This document shows positions 11,445 through 21,497 of a stretch of 64,000 nt of DNA, piece after piece. The translations under genes and the position numbers were made by a program. The notes under the pieces were generated by a model. It did not search any database. It saw nothing but the letters and a program-made list of their open reading frames with translations, and was not told where the DNA came from. This stretch comes from Salinispira sp. (lineage in GTDB: Bacteria > Spirochaetota > Spirochaetia > DSM-27196 > Salinispiraceae): the NCBI GenBank assembly GCA_965602015.1, contig OZ271918.1, forward strand, positions 672,001-736,000. Reading direction: 5' to 3'. Each line of letters starts with the position of its first letter. Positions within the stretch are counted from its first letter, which is position 1.

Positions 11445-13808
11445 TTAACTCAGGTATTTCCGCAGAAGCCGGTAGAAGGTCTTTTTTTTGAAGGGCTTGG
11501 CGAGATAGTCGTCGCATCCCGATTGGTAGCCCCGCTCGATGTGCTCCCGCGATGCATTGGCGGTGAGGATGATTATTGTGGTACGGGCCCCGGAGCCTTC
11601 CATCCGGCGGATTTCCTCCGTGGCCTCGTATCCCCCCATGACCGGCATCTGCACGTCCATAAGTATGAGGTCAAACGAATCGTCTTCGCAGCGGTCCAGA
11701 GCCTCCCTTCCGTTTTCCGCCAGCACATAGTCTATTCCCAGGTCACCGAGGTATGCTCCCACCACAACCTGATTCGCCGGCGAATCCTCTACAAGAAGTA
11801 CCCTCTTGCCCGAGGCTATTGCCGGCGGGCTCTCTTCCTGGCGGACCTCGTCCCAGTGGCTTCCCCCCGCCAGGGGAAAATCTATGGCAAATTCAAACCT
11901 GGTGCCCTTGCCCGGGCTGCTTTCCAGGGTTATCTCACCGCCCATCCGCTCAACCAGGCTGCGGGAAATGCTCAGGCCTAATCCGCTGCCGCCGAACTGG
12001 CGGGTGATGCTTCCGTCCGCCTGGGTAAACGCTTCGAAAATATGCCTCTGCTCCTGCTCTCCGATGCCGACCCCGGTGTCATCCACTGCGGTGAAGATCC
12101 GGCAGTGTGTATCATCCAGAGCCTCCCATCGGACCGAGATCCCGACAGACCCCTCTGGGGTGAACTTGCAGGCATTGCTCACCAGATTATTCAGAACCTG
12201 GCGAACTCTCAGCGGATCGCCTTTCACCGGGCGGTAGGGGCCGCCGCCGTATTCGGTGGTCAGCACCAGCCCCTTCTCACGGGCCTTTATTTGGTACATT
12301 TCGGCGACCTTTTCCACCTCCCGGCGAAAATCGAACTCAAGGGATTCCAGCACCAGTTGACCGGCCTCGATTTTTGAAAAATCGAGAATATCGTTTATCA
12401 GCGCCAAAAGGACTTCGCCGGAATTATACAAAATCTGGACGTACTCCCGTTGTCTGGCGTCGAGATCCGTCGAGCTTAACAGCTCGGCTATGCCGATTAT
12501 GGCATTCATCGGAGTGCGGATTTCATGGCTCATTGTCGATAGAAAATCGCTTTTTGCCCGGTTTGCCTCCTCAGCCTGACTGACGGCTTTTTCGAGCTCG
12601 ACGGCCAGTTGGCGGGCTTCCCGTTCATTGGCCCGAATTCGCTCATAGGTTCTCGACAGTTCTTTTGTCATGCTGTTAAATGCCTGGGACATACTTGTCA
12701 TTTCACTGTTTGGGAACTCCCGGATTCGTATATCCAGATTCCCGCCGCTGATCTCCCGGGCGGCAGCCTTGAACTGCTCCAGCGGCAAAAGAATCGATCT
12801 GAGCACCAGCACAATAAAGCCCAAATTAATGAGCGCCATTACCCCCAGCAGACTCATGACCAGGCGCTGAATCGCGTTTACCGGTCTCAGAGCGTCCGAT
12901 AAGCTCTGGGAGATTACGGTCCTCCAGCCGAGACCGGGGTACTCGCCGATTCCCGTCGACTCCCAGAGACTGTAGATCCTCTGGGTGGAGGCGTCGATGG
13001 AATAGCCATTTCCCGCAGGCAGAATTTGGTAGTATTCGGCGGCCTTCTGGTCTTCCATGAACTGAAAGAGTCCCGTTGAATATACCAGGCGTCCTTCGGG
13101 ATTGAGAATCAGTACTTCGTGGCGGGACGACCGGTCGCTGTTTATTCTCGCCTGCCGGGCCGCCTTTGCAATGTCCAAAAAACCGTGAATATATCCGCTT
13201 ATTCGCCCAGAGCCGTCTCGTATCGCGAGTCCGATTCCAAGACCAAAAAGCTGCAGGTCGGGGTTGTAATACAGCCGTTCAAGAAAAACATCCCCTTGCC
13301 TGGAGCCGGTCAACCATTGTTCGCCGCTGTGGTCGTACAAACTGATGGGGGCTGACGATGCAACCAGGGCGCCGTAGCGGTTGATTAGATAGACTTCGGG
13401 AAGGGTTGCATAACCCTGGCGGAGAAGAGGACGGCGGGAGAACAGTTCGCGGAGAAAAAAACTCAGATCAGGATCGGTATACAAATCATGGGCCATAGCT
13501 TCGGCGGACTGCCCCTGGCGCCGACTGAGCTCAACGGACGGCGACTCCAGGGCGTCAAAGACCGAATTCGACTCCCTCAAAGCGGCGATTATTTCCGGCG
13601 CTATGTCCAGATCTCTCAGGCGGTTTACTTCAGCATTGATTATCTGATCAATTTCACCCATAACCTGACGGGCCAGGTCCACGTTGGCGGTGGCGAGAAT
13701 ATCAATCAGTATCGGCCGTCCGATAAACACCACGCTGGCAACAATCATGAGAATGACCGCCAGTGAAATGCTCAGCGCCGCTATTACCTTTGTTCGAATC
13801 GATCGCAC
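11445..13808 (-). CDS. Hybrid sensor histidine kinase (periplasmic Cache-like, HAMP, HisKA, HATPase, REC)
   Basis: [39 protein letters not shown]. Confidence 0.93.
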   Translation of the reverse strand: MRSIRTKVIAALSISLAVILMIVASVVFIGRPILIDILATANVDLARQVMGEIDQIINAEVNRLRDLDIAPEIIAALRESNSVFDALESPSVELSRRQGQSAEAMAHDLYTDPDLSFFLRELFSRRPLLRQGYATLPEVYLINRYGALVASSAPISLYDHSGEQWLTGSRQGDVFLERLYYNPDLQLFGLGIGLAIRDGSGRISGYIHGFLDIAKAARQARINSDRSSRHEVLILNPEGRLVYSTGLFQFMEDQKAAEYYQILPAGNGYSIDASTQRIYSLWESTGIGEYPGLGWRTVISQSLSDALRPVNAIQRLVMSLLGVMALINLGFIVLVLRSILLPLEQFKAAAREISGGNLDIRIREFPNSEMTSMSQAFNSMTKELSRTYERIRANEREARQLAVELEKAVSQAEEANRAKSDFLSTMSHEIRTPMNAIIGIAELLSSTDLDARQREYVQILYNSGEVLLALINDILDFSKIEAGQLVLESLEFDFRREVEKVAEMYQIKAREKGLVLTTEYGGGPYRPVKGDPLRVRQVLNNLVSNACKFTPEGSVGISVRWEALDDTHCRIFTAVDDTGVGIGEQEQRHIFEAFTQADGSITRQFGGSGLGLSISRSLVERMGGEITLESSPGKGTRFEFAIDFPLAGGSHWDEVRQEESPPAIASGKRVLLVEDSPANQVVVGAYLGDLGIDYVLAENGREALDRCEDDSFDLILMDVQMPVMGGYEATEEIRRMEGSGARTTIIILTANASREHIERGYQSGCDDYLAKPFKKKTFYRLLRKYLS

Positions 13809-13823
13809 CCGGGTCTCCCGACT

Positions 13824-14921
13824 TTAATAATTGATAAACCGTCTGTCGCCGTTCTCGATTTTCGCGAGAAGCAGGGGAATCCTGATGCTGTTGTTTCCCT
13901 GGACCTTTTGCACGTCACCGGACAAAGACGGATAGAAAAACTCCCGGTCCAAGGCCCGGCGAAGGCCTTCCCGGCTTATCTCCTGCTGATCGGCTATGAG
14001 ATGTGCAATAAGCAGCACCAAATCGTAACCGATTGCCGCATTATGGTGAAATTCCCTGTCAAATCGCAGACGGTAGCGCTCGGCTATTTCCCGGACCAGG
14101 GGGAAGCGGGGGTTGTAAATGTACGGAGTGGCGACGTACATGCCTTCCGCCTGAGGAAGATCGAGGAAGACCCTGGTAGACAAGGTCGATGTGCCCAATA
14201 CAATTCCCTCAAAGCCCCTGCGCCGAATTTCTTCCAGGGCCGCAATGCAGGCATTCTCGAAACCCGCGACGACTATCGCGTCGCTGCCTGTCAATGCTGC
14301 AAACTCCTGTGACAGATCGTCATCACCCACGGGAAAGGCCGATGAAATAACCTGAACACCCTCGGCCCGTCGATTGAGCTCGCGATAAATAGACCTGCCG
14401 TATGCATCATCCTGGTGGAGCACTCCGACCGAGCCAATCCGATTCGTCTCGATAACCCTCATCATGGGTTCCACCTCGTCGGCGGCGGTCTGGTAAAACT
14501 GGAATACGTAGTCGTTCTGCAGGGGAATGTCCGGGCTCGATGCAACGGCGGCGATTACGGCGACTTCCTTGTCCATTGCCCGCGGTGCCAGGGCCAGCCC
14601 CACCGAACTGAGGACCGATACGTACAGATGGGGCGAAACCTGGTTTTCCAGCTCGTTGAAGCGGGTGATTCCCGATTGAGGGTCAGATTCGCTGTCGCGA
14701 AAATGGAGTTCCAGGCTGTAGTCGCCGGCCAGACGACGGCCCCTCACTTCTTCCAGCGCCAGTTCCATTCCCAGCTGAAGCGGCTCGAGGTAGCTGGCAA
14801 AACCGCTTTGGGGCATTATTACCCCCACATCGACGGTATTGACCCGCTGACTGCATGAGAAAGAGAGCAGGACTGCGGACAATAGCATTATCTCTAATAC
14901 CGGCTGGAAATACTTCTTCAT
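13824..14921 (-). CDS. LivJ/LivK-like type I periplasmic-binding lipoprotein
   Basis: Lipobox-like LLSFSC, GVIMPQSG, DSESDP, DDAYG, IGYDLV pattern. Confidence 0.75.
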   Translation of the reverse strand: MKKYFQPVLEIMLLSAVLLSFSCSQRVNTVDVGVIMPQSGFASYLEPLQLGMELALEEVRGRRLAGDYSLELHFRDSESDPQSGITRFNELENQVSPHLYVSVLSSVGLALAPRAMDKEVAVIAAVASSPDIPLQNDYVFQFYQTAADEVEPMMRVIETNRIGSVGVLHQDDAYGRSIYRELNRRAEGVQVISSAFPVGDDDLSQEFAALTGSDAIVVAGFENACIAALEEIRRRGFEGIVLGTSTLSTRVFLDLPQAEGMYVATPYIYNPRFPLVREIAERYRLRFDREFHHNAAIGYDLVLLIAHLIADQQEISREGLRRALDREFFYPSLSGDVQKVQGNNSIRIPLLLAKIENGDRRFINY

Positions 14922-14960
14922 AATACTACAGTATAGTGCATCGACCCTGACTGCGGGGTG

Positions 14961-16085
14961 TCAGGTCCCGATGCGCCCTGGAGATAATTTATCGGGAGTA
15001 GTGCGGCCGTGGAGGATACTGCCGCAGAGCATTTCTGCCAAACCCGGAGCGAGCATAAAACCGCGGGTGCCCAGACCGTTGAATACGTATACTCCCCCGG
15101 GCAGATGTCTGCGGATCGACGCCGAGAGCGAGTAGGGTTCCAGAAGCCCCAGGTACGCCAACCGGTCCCTGCTGGCCGGACGAATCCCCGCCCAGCAATC
15201 GGTCACATTACCCCGCAAAATAGAAGGATCACCTAGTCCGCAGGCATAAAGACGGGAAAGAAGCCAGGAGACCCCTTCTTCCTCGCAGTCCGTATCGGTG
15301 AAATCTCTCACGTAGCTGCTTCCCACAAGGTAGGTCTGGGGTTTATCCGTCGGAATAATGGCCACTCCGGCGCTGAGCACCCGGGAACTGGCAAGCCCCG
15401 GGAGGGTAATTTCTATAACGTCGCCCTTTACCGGATAGTAGGGCAGGGCGGAACCCGGTAGCTCTTCCTGAGACGGCGAAAAAGAGCGCTGTATTCCCGT
15501 GGCCATGACCGCAGCGGAATACCCCGGTTTACCCAGAAGATCCTCTACGGCAGTCTCAATAAGCGCTCCTTCATCGGCGAGATAGCGGCGGAATGAGCGA
15601 AGCAAGGGACGGGGAAGGATGCGTCCGCTGCCGGTAATCTCCGCCGAGCCGAAATTACTCGGGGGCAAACCTTCCCCGGTGTCGGATAGCGGGCCGAGGG
15701 CTGGCGCCGCATCCCCGCCGGCTTCCCAGCGCCTACGCTCATTCTCAGATAGAAAAACTTTAACGATGGGGCGCCGGTCTGTGAAATCCGATGTATATCC
15801 CCGTTCTTTGAGAAAGCTTTCGAGACCCCGGTAACGCCGCCAGGCGGCGGGGATCATGGCGCTTCCCCAACTCAGGGTCATTCGCTTGAACACCACGGGG
15901 TTTATCAGTCCGGTGGAATACCAGCTCGATCCCTCTTCCGCCCCGAGGTCCGCGACGATAAAATCCCTGGCGGGCTCCAATCCGTTTTCCATTAGCTCCC
16001 AGCACAGCATTGTTCCGGCAATTCCCTGTCCCCCAATGAGGATGGGCAGGCGGCCGCGGCCGCCCCCCGTAGATTTAGCCTTCAT
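14961..16085 (-). CDS. FAD-dependent oxidoreductase, DAO/glycine-oxidase family
   Basis: GQGIAG dinucleotide motif, PVKGD, AGIRPASRDR, NGLGTRG. Confidence 0.85.
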   Translation of the reverse strand: MKAKSTGGGRGRLPILIGGQGIAGTMLCWELMENGLEPARDFIVADLGAEEGSSWYSTGLINPVVFKRMTLSWGSAMIPAAWRRYRGLESFLKERGYTSDFTDRRPIVKVFLSENERRRWEAGGDAAPALGPLSDTGEGLPPSNFGSAEITGSGRILPRPLLRSFRRYLADEGALIETAVEDLLGKPGYSAAVMATGIQRSFSPSQEELPGSALPYYPVKGDVIEITLPGLASSRVLSAGVAIIPTDKPQTYLVGSSYVRDFTDTDCEEEGVSWLLSRLYACGLGDPSILRGNVTDCWAGIRPASRDRLAYLGLLEPYSLSASIRRHLPGGVYVFNGLGTRGFMLAPGLAEMLCGSILHGRTTPDKLSPGRIGT

Positions 16086-16099
16086 GTTGTCCGGATGAG

Positions 16100-17197
16100 C
16101 TAGAAATCACTGTCGGCCGCTTCCCTTTCGCGCTGGCTCTTGACCAGCTCGAGAGTGGACAAAAGCCCGCATGCGGCCTGGATATCTTCGCCGCGGCTTT
16201 TGCGGATCGTGGTCATCAGGCCCTTTGACTTGAGGCGATTTTGGAAGTCCACCATTCGTCCGCGGGAACTTCCTTTCAGCGGGGAGCCCGGGATTGGATG
16301 GAAGTGGATTAAATTAACCTTGCACCGTAATCCGTTGAGCAGTTTGACCATGGCGTTCGCATGCCGGGGTTCGTCATTTACACCTTCGAACATGATGTAT
16401 TCAAAGCTCAGTTTGCGGTCCTTGAAATCATGCTCCCTCAGCGCCTCGATGACGTCTTTGATGGGATAGACCGACTGGACGGGCATGAGTTGCCGGCGTT
16501 CTTCTTCGATGGGGTTGTGGATGGAAATCGCCAGGGGCGACCTGGTTTCCTCGAGATAGCGTTTCATTGCGGGAATAATTCCGATGGTAGAGACGGTTAT
16601 GCGCTTCGCGCTCATGTTTATCCCGTCGGGATCAGTAAGGATGCCCACGCTGTCAATCACGCCGTCGATGTTGTCCATGGGCTCGCCCATTCCCATATAC
16701 ACAATGTTGGTCAGCCGTTCGCGTTCAGGCAGGGTATATACCTGAGAGAGAATTTCTCCGGTGCTCAGCTGCCCCTGGAAACCCTGCCTTGCGGTCATGC
16801 AGAACAGGCAGCCCATCTTGCAGCCTACCTGGGTCGACAGGCAAAGGGTGGCCCGGTTCTCCTCTGGGATGTAGGCCGCTTCGACGAATTTGCCTCTCGG
16901 GGCGGGGTATAAATACTTTTTTGTTCCGTCCGACGACTCATCGGAATGACTGCTGCGGTATATGTCGATGCAAAAGCTGTTCCCGAGCTCCGCCCTGAGA
17001 TCCTTTGGCAGATTGGTCATATCATCGAAGTTCCAGACCATGTCGCGGTACATCCAGATAAATAGCTGGTCTGCCCTGAACTTCGGCTGGCCCAGATCGG
17101 CGATTACCCGGCGCAAATCCTCGCGGGTCTTTCCGAACAGGTTCGGCCTGTCGGCTGATATTTCCGTTTTTTGAGAGTTAGGTAATGGGGTATTCAC
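16100..17197 (-). CDS. rlmN: 23S rRNA m2A2503 / tRNA m2A37 methyltransferase
   Basis: CKMGCLFC radical-SAM motif, MGMGEP, RGEDIQAACG. Confidence 0.95.
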   Translation of the reverse strand: MNTPLPNSQKTEISADRPNLFGKTREDLRRVIADLGQPKFRADQLFIWMYRDMVWNFDDMTNLPKDLRAELGNSFCIDIYRSSHSDESSDGTKKYLYPAPRGKFVEAAYIPEENRATLCLSTQVGCKMGCLFCMTARQGFQGQLSTGEILSQVYTLPERERLTNIVYMGMGEPMDNIDGVIDSVGILTDPDGINMSAKRITVSTIGIIPAMKRYLEETRSPLAISIHNPIEEERRQLMPVQSVYPIKDVIEALREHDFKDRKLSFEYIMFEGVNDEPRHANAMVKLLNGLRCKVNLIHFHPIPGSPLKGSSRGRMVDFQNRLKSKGLMTTIRKSRGEDIQAACGLLSTLELVKSQREREAADSDF

Positions 17198-17209
17198 AGG
17201 GGGATCATA

Positions 17210-17932
17210 TCAGAAATAGATCTCGGAGATAATGTTTGTGAAGGGAATTCCCGCTGAAATCAGGGACTGGCGAACATAAAGAATCATCTGCTCGCTGCCG
17301 CACAGGTAATACCATCGTTTCCGGGCCTCTGCGTTGTCCAACTCACCGGCGGCAATCCGTTCATCGAGCCAGGAGCTGAGCCGGCCGGGGTAGATCATAT
17401 TCTGCAGATTTTTACCGGCAGAACCGGCGCTCCCGCTTCTGCTGAGGCAGGGAACGTAGGAAAATTTCTCGTGAGGGGCACTAAACAGTTCGCTGTAGTA
17501 CAGGTCCTCCGGGGTGCGGGCGCCGTGAATGAGGGTCTTTTCCGCGCGTATTCCCGCACGGTACATGGAGATAAACGGTGCCACTCCGGTGCCGTTTGCT
17601 ATCCACCAGGCTTGCCCGCCCCGATCGGTAAACTCACCTCGCGGCTGGCTTGCCAACAGGGAATCCCCGGGGCCCAGGCCATCCAGCACGGGGGTGAGAA
17701 CGCCGCCGGGAACAGTGTTGTAGAGGACTTCCAGCCCCGGGTCCGTGGGGGCGCTGGCGATGCTGTAGAGCCGGGGTGGAGTGGATTCCCTGTCGCAGAG
17801 ACTCAGCATTTGCCCGGGGGTGAACCGGGGTCGCCAGTCGAGGGTGAGCACCCGGGCATTGGAACTCACCGGTCGTACCGAGGTTACCGTCACGCGCCGC
17901 AGCGAATTGCCGCCGGTTCCCGACCCGCCCAT
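17210..17932 (-). CDS. Ferredoxin-NADP reductase-like FAD/NAD-binding oxidoreductase
   Basis: RLYSIAS, ANGTGVAPF, YLCGS, EIYF C-terminus. Confidence 0.85.
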   Translation of the reverse strand: MGGSGTGGNSLRRVTVTSVRPVSSNARVLTLDWRPRFTPGQMLSLCDRESTPPRLYSIASAPTDPGLEVLYNTVPGGVLTPVLDGLGPGDSLLASQPRGEFTDRGGQAWWIANGTGVAPFISMYRAGIRAEKTLIHGARTPEDLYYSELFSAPHEKFSYVPCLSRSGSAGSAGKNLQNMIYPGRLSSWLDERIAAGELDNAEARKRWYYLCGSEQMILYVRQSLISAGIPFTNIISEIYF

Positions 17933-18219
17933 CAGGAAGTCACCCGGAAACTTCCCGTCAGCGCCTTGTCGCCGTCCCGGGGCTCTCCCCGGTAGCGCAG
18001 TTCGAGAGCGTCAACCCGGGCATAGGCCGGACCCTCGCCCAGCCATTCGACGAACGCCGCGACTCCGGCTTCGTCCCCCAGCGCCCGGGTTTCCACGCTT
18101 CCGTCGGCATTATTCCTGACCCAGCCTGAGAGTCCCAGTCCCTGGGCCCGGCGCAGGGCCGAGTATCGAAACCCCACTCCCTGCACCCTGCCTCTCACGA
18201 TGCAGTGCAATGCGGTCAC
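17932..18219 (-). CDS. acyP: Acylphosphatase
   Basis: GRVQGVGFR and GWVRNNADGSVE motifs. Confidence 0.93.
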   Translation of the reverse strand: MTALHCIVRGRVQGVGFRYSALRRAQGLGLSGWVRNNADGSVETRALGDEAGVAAFVEWLGEGPAYARVDALELRYRGEPRDGDKALTGSFRVTS

Positions 18220-19980
18220 TTATGCTCCAGCCGCGCCGGCCCTGGACCGTTCATCGCTTTTTCCGGGAGTCTCGTGGGCGATGGCGGCGTTCATTGCCGC
18301 GATGCTCTCATCGCTGATGTCAATGTCCAGGCAGTTGCAGCGGTTCAGTGCGCTGAGTATGGCCATGAAATGGGCTGCCGATGTGTCGGTATCCCGGCCG
18401 ACGCCCCACATGCTGTGGCCGTCATGGCCCTCTACCCGGATATACGCCGCCGCCTCGGTGGCGCTTCCGGCGCCGATGGCCTGTTCTTCGTATTCGGCGA
18501 TGGTGAGCTGAACATCGAGCAGGCTGTTCACACCGTGCATAAACGCGTCGATAGGGCCGTTGCCCCGGCCGATGAGCTCATACTCGCTTCCGTCCACCAG
18601 AAGACTGCCCTTGAAGAGCACATGATGGGTGTGATGACTTCGGCTCATGCTGTAGTCCAAAAGTTCGATGTGGTCTGTGCGGTTCACGTATTCTCCGTCG
18701 AAAGCCGACTTGATTTCGTCGCTGTACAGTTCTCTCACGAGTTTGTCGCTAATCTCATTTATTGTGTTGCCCAGCTCGGGCTGAAGTCCCCGGGGAATTT
18801 TCAAACCGAATTCATTCTCAAGGACGTACGCCACCCCTCCCTTTCCGCTTTGACTATTTATCCTGATAATGGCTTCGTAGCTTCTGCCGATATCCTGGGG
18901 GTCGATGGGAAGGTAGGGGACGTCCCACAGGCTTTCGCTTCCTTTTTCGACCAGCGCCATTCCCTTGCTGATTGCATCCTGATGACTGCCGCTGAACGCG
19001 GTGAACACCAAATCTCCCCCGTAGGGGTGGCGTTCGTGAACTTTCATCCTGGTGGTTTCCTCGTAGATTTTGCGAATGCGGGGTATATCGTGAAGATCCA
19101 GCCCCGGGTCGACGCCCTGGCTGAGCATATTCAATGCCAGGGTGACCAGGTCCACATTGCCCGTGCGCTCGCCGTTTCCGAAGAGGGTGCCCTCCACCCG
19201 GTCCGCTCCGGCCATCAATCCCAGCTCGGTGGCGGCGACTCCGGTTCCCCGATCGTTGTGAGTGTGGAGCGAAACGATGATTTCATCGCGGCGCTTGAAA
19301 TTGCGGCACATCCACTCAATCTGGTCTGCGAAGATATTCGGCGTGCTTAATTCCACGGTGGCCGGCAAGTTGATAATCATTTTTCCCCGCTCAGCAGGAT
19401 TCCACAGATCGACCACCGCATCACACACCTCCAGGGCAAAATCCAGTTCGGTGCCCGTGAAACTTTCGGGGCTGTACTGGAAAATAACTTCGGTGCCGTC
19501 CAGTTCGGGCAAGAGATCGATTATATGCCTGGTGCCTTCAAGGGCGATGTCCTTGATTTCCTCCCGGCCCTTGCGGAAGGTGATGCGGCGCTGCTGTTCG
19601 CTGGTTGAATTGTACAGATGAATTACTGCGCGCTTTGCGCCTTTTAGGCTTTGAACCGTCCGCTCAATGAGGTGCTTGCGGCTTTGGGTGAGAACCTGCA
19701 GGGCAACTCCGTTGGGTACCATATCGTTTTCTATAAGGGTCCTGAGGAAATCGTACTCAATCTGGCTTGCACTGGGAAACCCGATTTCAATCTGGGTAAA
19801 GCCCATGCCCGTCAGAAGGGCGAACATCCGCTCCTTCTCTGTAATGCTCATCGGTTGGGCGAGGGCCTGATTTCCATCTCTCAGATCGACGCTGCACCAC
19901 AGGGGCGCCTTGTCGATGCTCGCCGAGGGCCAGCTCCGGTCGGATAAATCAACCTGGGGGTAGGGTCGGTACTTTGCCAT
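18220..19980 (-). CDS. leuA: 2-isopropylmalate synthase (yeast/actinobacterial-type LeuA)
   Basis: WCSVDLRDGNQAL, HTHNDRG, GNGERTGN, AFSGSHQDAI, GNGPIDAF; AGGAGG SD. Confidence 0.96.
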   Translation of the reverse strand: MAKYRPYPQVDLSDRSWPSASIDKAPLWCSVDLRDGNQALAQPMSITEKERMFALLTGMGFTQIEIGFPSASQIEYDFLRTLIENDMVPNGVALQVLTQSRKHLIERTVQSLKGAKRAVIHLYNSTSEQQRRITFRKGREEIKDIALEGTRHIIDLLPELDGTEVIFQYSPESFTGTELDFALEVCDAVVDLWNPAERGKMIINLPATVELSTPNIFADQIEWMCRNFKRRDEIIVSLHTHNDRGTGVAATELGLMAGADRVEGTLFGNGERTGNVDLVTLALNMLSQGVDPGLDLHDIPRIRKIYEETTRMKVHERHPYGGDLVFTAFSGSHQDAISKGMALVEKGSESLWDVPYLPIDPQDIGRSYEAIIRINSQSGKGGVAYVLENEFGLKIPRGLQPELGNTINEISDKLVRELYSDEIKSAFDGEYVNRTDHIELLDYSMSRSHHTHHVLFKGSLLVDGSEYELIGRGNGPIDAFMHGVNSLLDVQLTIAEYEEQAIGAGSATEAAAYIRVEGHDGHSMWGVGRDTDTSAAHFMAILSALNRCNCLDIDISDESIAAMNAAIAHETPGKSDERSRAGAAGA

Positions 19981-20030
19981 GTTTCCTCCTGTTCCGGCTG
20001 CCGGGCAGGCGGGGCCGGACGCAAAAAATC

Positions 20031-20063
20031 AAAAAAAACCCGCTGCAGGGGCCTGCAGCGGGT
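20031..20063 (-). terminator. Attenuator terminator upstream of leuA
   Basis: Minus strand ACCCGCTGCAG-gccc-CTGCAGCGGGT followed by a T run, 50 nt before the leuA start. Confidence 0.85.
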
Positions 20064-20089
20064 GCTAATACCACGTTACGTTTCCGGTG

Positions 20090-20185
20090 TTACGGCCGCC
20101 GGACACATACGCCCACTGCAGAGAATACTTCCTGAGATAGTAGGAGGCTGTCATGTGCAGTGAAACTTCGTCCGGCAACATACAT
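20090..20185 (-). CDS. leuL: Leucine attenuator leader peptide (MYVAGRSFTAHDSLLLSQEVFSAVGVCVRRP)
   Basis: Hand translation; tandem CTC-CTA-CTA at 20146-20138, upstream of an antiterminator/terminator pair and leuA. Confidence 0.75.
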   Translation of the reverse strand: MYVAGRSFTAHDSLLLSQEVFSAVGVCVRRP

Positions 20186-20193
20186 ATGCATAT

Positions 20194-20222
20194 ATAATGT
20201 ATATTTATTTGATACCTGTCAA
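20194..20222 (-). promoter_or_regulatory. Sigma70-type promoter of the leu leader
   Basis: TTGACA (20222-20217), 17-nt spacer, CATTAT (20199-20194). Confidence 0.6.
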
Positions 20223-20391
20223 GGGCTGATCACCGTTCTTCATGCTAAGGGCAGGCAACGCGATTTCGATCTGTTCGTATTGGTTCGAAGAGCTGCTAAT
20301 CTGCCCGGTATATTCCGCCTTGCAAAAATATTTTCCCTCGGCAATTCTTGATTAGGATGCTAATCTTTCCTATGTTTCTCTTGGAGTCATT

Positions 20392-20907
20392 ATGCTTAAT
20401 TTAGTGATAATCCGGCACGGTAAATCGAGTTGGCAGGACCGTGACTTGGAAGATTTTGAACGCCCTCTTAATGAACGGGGACGCTCCGATCTGATTACCA
20501 TGTCAAAGGTGCTTGAAGACCGCTTTCCCCCGCCGGAGAGAATACTGTGCAGCAGCGCCGTGCGGGCCCGACAGACCGCGGAGGGAATTGTCGCCCGATG
20601 GAAACAACCCGGCGGGGAGGTCCGCTTCATTGACGATCTTTATCTTGCCGAGAGCGAAGACATTTTGGTTATCCTCCGGGGACAGGGGTCGCGGGGAACC
20701 GTGTACATCTGCGGTCATAACCCGGGGATCAGCGAGTTTGCCTCCCGGATCTGCGGACGCGATTTGGGATACCTTCCCACCCTCGCGTCGGCGCATATCC
20801 GCATCGACGCGCCGGAAGATACAGACCATTATGAGTGGAGGCATATCGATTGGGGCGACGGAGCCCTTGTTGAGCTTGTCACTCCCAAATCGCTGGCATC
20901 TGATTAG
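20392..20907 (+). CDS. sixA: SixA-like phosphohistidine phosphatase
   Basis: IRHGKS, RPLNERG, SSAVRARQTA, GHNPG. Confidence 0.88.
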   Translation: MLNLVIIRHGKSSWQDRDLEDFERPLNERGRSDLITMSKVLEDRFPPPERILCSSAVRARQTAEGIVARWKQPGGEVRFIDDLYLAESEDILVILRGQGSRGTVYICGHNPGISEFASRICGRDLGYLPTLASAHIRIDAPEDTDHYEWRHIDWGDGALVELVTPKSLASD

Positions 20908-20939
20908 TTGAATTGCGTATGACTTCCCTGAGGAATGCC

Positions 20940-21497
20940 ATGAATTACAATGCGTTTATCGCCCTGCTCGATGATTACCGCTCCCGTTTTCCCGGCCGGG
21001 CTGAATTAGTCGATGAAATGAGCGATTTGAGCTCTCATTGGCCCCAATGCTTCTCCAGAAAGCACTTCTCTCCCGGTCACTTTACCGGTTCGGCATGGGT
21101 GACTGACCCGCAGCGACGAATGGTCCTTTTGACGCATCACCGCCGGCTGGACCGTTGGCTCCAACTCGGCGGCCACGGTGAAAATGAAACCGACATCAGG
21201 CACATTGCCCTTCGGGAAGCCCTTGAAGAATCCGGGCTTGACCGGTCCGCCGTGAGCCTTGCGGATGAGGGCATCTTCGACATCGACATCCACAATATTC
21301 CCCCGGGGAAGGGGGAGCCGGCGCATAAGCATTTTGATATCCGTTTTCGCTTCTTCGCCGACAGCAGCCTGGCCACCTCGGTGAGCGAAGAATCCCACGA
21401 CCTGGCCTGGGTAGCTCTCGATTCTCTGGAGAGTTACAGCAAGGAACAGAGCATGCTTCGGATGAGGGATTTGAGCCTCAACGGGGTTCTGCGGTGA
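20940..21497 (+). CDS. Nudix hydrolase
   Basis: GHFTGSAWV, WLQLGGH, ALREALEESGL Nudix box, HFDIRF. Confidence 0.9.
   Translation: MNYNAFIALLDDYRSRFPGRAELVDEMSDLSSHWPQCFSRKHFSPGHFTGSAWVTDPQRRMVLLTHHRRLDRWLQLGGHGENETDIRHIALREALEESGLDRSAVSLADEGIFDIDIHNIPPGKGEPAHKHFDIRFRFFADSSLATSVSEESHDLAWVALDSLESYSKEQSMLRMRDLSLNGVLR

Noticed and set aside
18205..19350. 381-aa plus-strand ORF
   Set aside because: Antisense shadow of leuA with no recognisable motifs
20064..20080. T-box riboswitch upstream of leuA (GTGGTA on the minus strand)
   Set aside because: Lacks the UGGNACC consensus and a recognisable stem I; the leader-peptide model explains the region better
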